From: Nitrospinaceae bacterium
GTDB taxonomy: Bacteria; Nitrospinota; Nitrospinia; Nitrospinales; VA-1
Direction of reading: 5' to 3'
DNA length: 64,000 nt
Assembly (NCBI GenBank): GCA_046754465.1
Contig: JBHHVU010000001.1
Span: 64,001 to 128,000, forward strand
A program made the position numbers and the translations under genes. This document shows, in pieces, positions 59,723 through 64,000 of the stretch. The notes under the pieces were generated by a model. The model worked only from the letters and a program-made list of their open reading frames with translations. It did no database searches and was not told where the DNA came from. The number at the start of each line of letters is the position of its first letter. Within the stretch, counting starts at the first letter, position 1.

Positions 59723-61750
59723 TCAACCCTTGACCTGCGGCTTGGACGCTTCTTTCTTCTCCGGCTTGCTGATGGGAGGCTTGGGCTTGACATTCTTAAA
59801 CCGCCATAACTGCTGCTTGTAATAGGGCTCGTCCGGAACCAGTTGAATGGCCAGTTGAATATTTTTCACGGCCTGGTCCACATCCCCCCTGGCATAATGT
59901 AATTCCGAATAGGTATCAATGTATTCCGGCTTTTCGGGAAAGGCTTCGAGGGTTTTTTGGGAAAGTTGGAGGCCCTTTTCCAAATGGATTCTCTTCTTCG
60001 CGTAAAGCCAGGCCAGCCGGTTCATCGTGCCGTAATCCTTGGGATCGAGACCCAGGGCCTTTTCGCAATGACTGATAGCCACGGTAAAGAAGCGCTTTTT
60101 ACTGTAGACGTTGCAGATGGCGAAAACGATATCGTGATTATCCGGTTTGATGGCGGCAGCGGCCAGGAGTTTCTGAAGTCCCTGGTCGAGCCTTTTATCC
60201 TCCACCAGGCTCTTTCCGAGGGCCAACAGATAATCCGCATTCTTGGGTTCCAATTCAACCGCTTTCCTGAATTGCCCAGCCGCGTTTTCCACCCCTCCCT
60301 TGGCCAGCAACACTTGTCCCATGAGGTAGTGCGAATCGGCATGATCTTCCCTAAGCGCCACCGCCGATTCCAAAGCGGCGTGGGCGGGGTCCCAATCCTT
60401 TTGTTCCGTCAGCATCCGGCCGAGTTGATAATAACTTTCGGCATCCCTGGAATTGGCCTGCACGGCATTTTGGAAAGCGGCCCGGGCTTTCTCTAACTGA
60501 TCCAGCTCGTAATATAATTTTCCCAGACGAGCCTGTACTTCGGGATTCCCGGGCTGTAGGGATTCGGCCGCCTGGTAGATCTTGAGGGATTTTTCTTTCA
60601 TTCCGCGAGCGAAGAACAAGTCCGCCAGGCGGGACTGGACCTTAAAATCCACGGGGAATTGATCCGCCGCCTTCTCCAGTTCCTGGACTCCCTCGTCTTC
60701 ATGACCAGTTTTCATAAGTAAATCCGCCAGGTCCAACCGCAATTGGGAATTTTTCGGGTTGGACTGAACCGCTTTTTGGAGTTCTTCCACGGCTTGCGTA
60801 AATTTCTTTTGTCCGGCGAACAATTCGCTCAAGGCCACGTGGGTGAGATAAAAATCAGGATTCAATTTCACGGCGATTTGAAGGTTTCCGGCGGCTTTTT
60901 CCAAGTTTCCCTGTTGCCTATAGAGCTGTCCCAAGTCATAAAACGCCTTGTAATTTTTGGGATCAATATCAATAGCCTCTTTATAGGAATCCGCCGCTTC
61001 CTTGAGCTGTCCCTTGGCGGTCAGGGTTTTGGCGAGCTTGACCCGGTAGTCGCTGTTGGCAGGGTTCAGGTCGATGGACCGCCTGAACTGGTTCAGTGCT
61101 TCGTTATACCGGTTTTTATTGAAATAAACCTCCCCCAATCCGGCATAGACCCTGGCGTTGACCCGGGAAATGTCCAGGGCTTTTTTGAATTGATGCTCCG
61201 CATCGGCGATCTTTCGTTCCTCCATTAACTGGTATCCCTTTTGGATGAGTGATTCCAATCGGTTTGCTGGATGATGGGTGTAGTAATAAATTCCCCCGCC
61301 CGCGGCCAGGAGAGCCAGCGCCGCCACAGCCGCCTTGGGTTCCCAACCCTTTACTTTTTTTTGAGGTGTTTGAACTTCCAGGGTCGATTTATCAGGTGCG
61401 GGTTCGGAGACGGTTTTCTCCGGCTCCGCCTCTTTGGGGCCTTCGACCATTTTCGTCTGCCCCTCGAAGTTGGACCCTTCATCGATAACGAGGTGGAAGG
61501 TGGTGATATCTCCCTTCAGCCGGCTCCCGTTCATTAAGGTCACTTTATTTTCCGCGACGATATTGCCATGGAAAACTCCCATGTTGGTGAAATCCCGCGT
61601 TTTCATGTTACCCTGGAACTTCCCGGATTTTCCCAGGATAAAATTATTTGAGGAAAAGACTTCCCCGTCAAACGCTCCGTCAAAATGAACTGACCCCTTG
61701 ACCCAGAGCGTTCCTTTCAAGCGAACATTTTTCTCGAAATACGAGTTCAT
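59723..61750 (-). CDS. bactofilin + TM + TPR-repeat fusion protein
   Basis: aa 1-100 bactofilin beta-helix (..KGDIT..LVIDEGSNFEG), TM at ~aa 140-157, more than 12 TPRs. Confidence 0.82.
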   Translation of the reverse strand: MNSYFEKNVRLKGTLWVKGSVHFDGAFDGEVFSSNNFILGKSGKFQGNMKTRDFTNMGVFHGNIVAENKVTLMNGSRLKGDITTFHLVIDEGSNFEGQTKMVEGPKEAEPEKTVSEPAPDKSTLEVQTPQKKVKGWEPKAAVAALALLAAGGGIYYYTHHPANRLESLIQKGYQLMEERKIADAEHQFKKALDISRVNARVYAGLGEVYFNKNRYNEALNQFRRSIDLNPANSDYRVKLAKTLTAKGQLKEAADSYKEAIDIDPKNYKAFYDLGQLYRQQGNLEKAAGNLQIAVKLNPDFYLTHVALSELFAGQKKFTQAVEELQKAVQSNPKNSQLRLDLADLLMKTGHEDEGVQELEKAADQFPVDFKVQSRLADLFFARGMKEKSLKIYQAAESLQPGNPEVQARLGKLYYELDQLEKARAAFQNAVQANSRDAESYYQLGRMLTEQKDWDPAHAALESAVALREDHADSHYLMGQVLLAKGGVENAAGQFRKAVELEPKNADYLLALGKSLVEDKRLDQGLQKLLAAAAIKPDNHDIVFAICNVYSKKRFFTVAISHCEKALGLDPKDYGTMNRLAWLYAKKRIHLEKGLQLSQKTLEAFPEKPEYIDTYSELHYARGDVDQAVKNIQLAIQLVPDEPYYKQQLWRFKNVKPKPPISKPEKKEASKPQVKG

Positions 61751-62047
61751 ATCTCACCCTTTTAAAACCTTGAATTGTCCGTCTGATGAGGATGCAAGAA
61801 CCACCCAATTAGACATAATACTATATTTTTTAATAGGTTACAAGGATTCCCAGCCCCGGTTCAAAGTGGAAACCCTGCTAAAATTGTTTGAGAATCGTTC
61901 CCTTCCAGAGTGAAAATTCGCCGGCCGTGGAGCCACAAGGTTGATAAAAACGTAAATAATTGGTATTTTACCGCCTTTGTATTTTTAACATAAATTTTAT
62001 GAATTTTTCATAAATTAACACCCATTTAATCCAGGACGGGAGAAAAA

Positions 62048-62776
62048 ATGACGAGAAATAACGGCCGGGCTCTCAGCGAAATGAGAAATGTGAAAGTCAC
62101 CAAGAATTTTATCAAGTACCCCGCCGGATCTGTCCTAATCCAAGTGGGAAATACACGGGTCATTTGCTCTGCCACCGTTGAAGAAAAAGTCCCCCCCTTT
62201 CTCCGCGACAAAAAAACCGGCTGGGTCACGGCGGAATATTCCATGATTCCCAGTTCCACCCATAGTCGGATGGTACGCGAAGCCTCCCGGGGAAAGTTGT
62301 CCGGAAGAACCCAGGAAATCCAGAGACTCATCGGCCGCTCGCTGCGGGCGGTAGTGGACCTCGACCTTTTGGGGGAGCGCACCATTTGGCTCGATTGCGA
62401 TGTGATTCAGGCCGACGGCGGAACCCGCTGCGCCTCCATCACGGGGGCATTCATGGCGATGGCGTTGGCATGCAAAGCGATGAAAAAAGACAAATTGATC
62501 GACACTCTTCCCATCAAGGATTTTGTCGCCGCGACCAGTGTGGGAATCGCCGATGGGAAAAAAATCCTCGATCTCGACTACGACGAGGACTCCACCGCCA
62601 GTGTGGACTTGAATATCGTTAAGACCGGATCGGGGGGGTTTGTCGAAATTCAGGGAACGGCGGAAAAAGAACCCTTCGATCAAAAACAATTGGACGCTCT
62701 TCTCGCCCTGGCGGATAAAGGCATCATGGAACTGGCCGCCATCCAGAAAAAGGTCGTGGGGGATTTGGGGTTTTAA
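62048..62776 (+). CDS. rph: ribonuclease PH
   Basis: [43 protein letters not shown]. Confidence 0.97.
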   Translation: MTRNNGRALSEMRNVKVTKNFIKYPAGSVLIQVGNTRVICSATVEEKVPPFLRDKKTGWVTAEYSMIPSSTHSRMVREASRGKLSGRTQEIQRLIGRSLRAVVDLDLLGERTIWLDCDVIQADGGTRCASITGAFMAMALACKAMKKDKLIDTLPIKDFVAATSVGIADGKKILDLDYDEDSTASVDLNIVKTGSGGFVEIQGTAEKEPFDQKQLDALLALADKGIMELAAIQKKVVGDLGF

Positions 62777-62834
62777 TTTTCCAATGAGGGAGCCACCTGG
62801 TGAGAAGAGGATCCTTTTTCCCGGGTGTTGACGG

Positions 62835-63488
62835 TCAGCGATGCCTACCCACGCCGATCTTCCCGCAAAATTCCGCGATACAGCATTGACTGCATAACGG
62901 GGAAAGGGGTTTGCAAATGTTCTGCCCCAGGAGAACCAGAAGCTCGTTGAATTCCTTCCAGTGTTTTTGGGGAAGTTTGTTGCGCAGGGCCATTTCCGTT
63001 TCGTCCGGAGAGGCTGTCGATACATAACCCCACCGGTTGACAATCCGGTGGACGTGGGTGTCGACACAAATTCCCATTCCGTCAAAACCCAGGATCACCG
63101 TCAGGTTGGCGGTTTTTCTCCCCACACCCTTCAGCGTGAGCAGTTCTTCGAGGGTCTGGGGAACACGGCCCTGGTATTTTTCAATCAGGGTCCGGCAGAG
63201 GTCCATCAACGTTTTCGTCTTGTTCCGGTAAAACGCCACGGGATAAATCGCTTTTTCGACTTGGCGGGGTTTGAGGGTCAGAATTTTTTCCGGGCTATCG
63301 GCCAAAGCAAAAAGTTTAAGGAACGCGGTTTCGGTGACCTCGTCGCGTGTCCGCAAACTGAGCAGGCAACTGACAAGCACTCGAAACGGGTCCCGTTGCC
63401 GGCTGACCTGGGTCACCACGGGAGTCCGCCAATGTTTTACGGCTTTTTTGACCCGGCGGAGAACCTGGGATAATTGGGCGGGATCCAA
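62835..63488 (-). CDS. nth: endonuclease III
   Basis: HhH LKGVGRKTA, VDTHVHR, C-x6-C-x2-C-x5-C Fe-S motif. Confidence 0.93.
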   Translation of the reverse strand: MDPAQLSQVLRRVKKAVKHWRTPVVTQVSRQRDPFRVLVSCLLSLRTRDEVTETAFLKLFALADSPEKILTLKPRQVEKAIYPVAFYRNKTKTLMDLCRTLIEKYQGRVPQTLEELLTLKGVGRKTANLTVILGFDGMGICVDTHVHRIVNRWGYVSTASPDETEMALRNKLPQKHWKEFNELLVLLGQNICKPLSPLCSQCCIAEFCGKIGVGRHR

Positions 63489-63647
63489 ATTATAATTTCC
63501 TTTCAGCCCGGCCGAGGCTCCGGCGGGAGACTTGCCGGCAAAACCTGTGGCAATACCCGGAGCTTTTTGTTAGTATAAACCGTTATTTTGTCACACTTTA
63601 TTACCACAACGAACCAACAACCCCAAACCTATACAACCAGGGAATCC

Positions 63648-64000
63648 ATGCAGCACACCATTTCCGTTTTGGTAGTCAATCGGTTCGGCGTTCTTTCCCG
63701 GATTTCGGGATTGTTCAGCGGCCGGGGATTCAACATTGAAAGTTTGAACGTAGCCGAAACGAATGACCCCCAAATTTCCCGGATGACGATCGTCACCCGG
63801 GGCGATGACAATAAGATCGAACAAATCACCAAGCAATTGCACAAACTGGTGGATGTTATCAAGGTCGTGGACCTGACCGAGGAAAAATTCGTCGACAGGG
63901 AATTGATTCTGGTTAAAATGAATGCCGAAGGACGGGTCCGCGAAGAAATTTTACGAATTGTCGAGATCTTCAGGGCAAAAATAGTAGACATAAGTTCCAA
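63648..64000 (+). CDS. ilvN: acetolactate synthase small subunit (3' end outside window; absent from ORF track)
   Basis: Manual translation [33 protein letters not shown]...[16 protein letters not shown]. Confidence 0.95.
   Translation, partial: MQHTISVLVVNRFGVLSRISGLFSGRGFNIESLNVAETNDPQISRMTIVTRGDDNKIEQITKQLHKLVDVIKVVDLTEEKFVDRELILVKMNAEGRVREEILRIVEIFRAKIVDISS

Noticed and set aside
63591..64000. Minus-strand ORFs at the window end
   Set aside because: Shadows of plus-strand ilvN

Overview
Gene-dense bacterial chromosome segment. The gene content (many LRR, NHL and beta-propeller proteins, a Bat/MoxR cluster, FdhF/YdeP) resembles Nitrospinota or deltaproteobacteria, which is an inference only. 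It holds housekeeping genes (dprA-topA-trmFO, proA, trpEGDC/FBA, alr, pyrD, rph, nth, partial ilvN missed by the ORF track) and a MoxR/Bat operon split by a 3.7-kb block that ends in an ORF-less group IIC intron remnant. The best candidate for an undescribed system is at 45.2-50.8 kb, with no flagellar genes nearby: a MotB-like protein with a ~285-aa N-terminal coiled coil, then a class I adenylate cyclase, a MotA/PomA-like subunit and a pentapeptide-repeat protein. Other oddities are a bactofilin-TM-TPR fusion, a TolC-like protein apparently lacking its beta-barrel strands with a structured RNA upstream, and a PilB/GspE ATPase with eroded catalytic motifs. No rRNA, tRNA or CRISPR array was seen. 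All calls come from motif recognition by eye; no searches were run.
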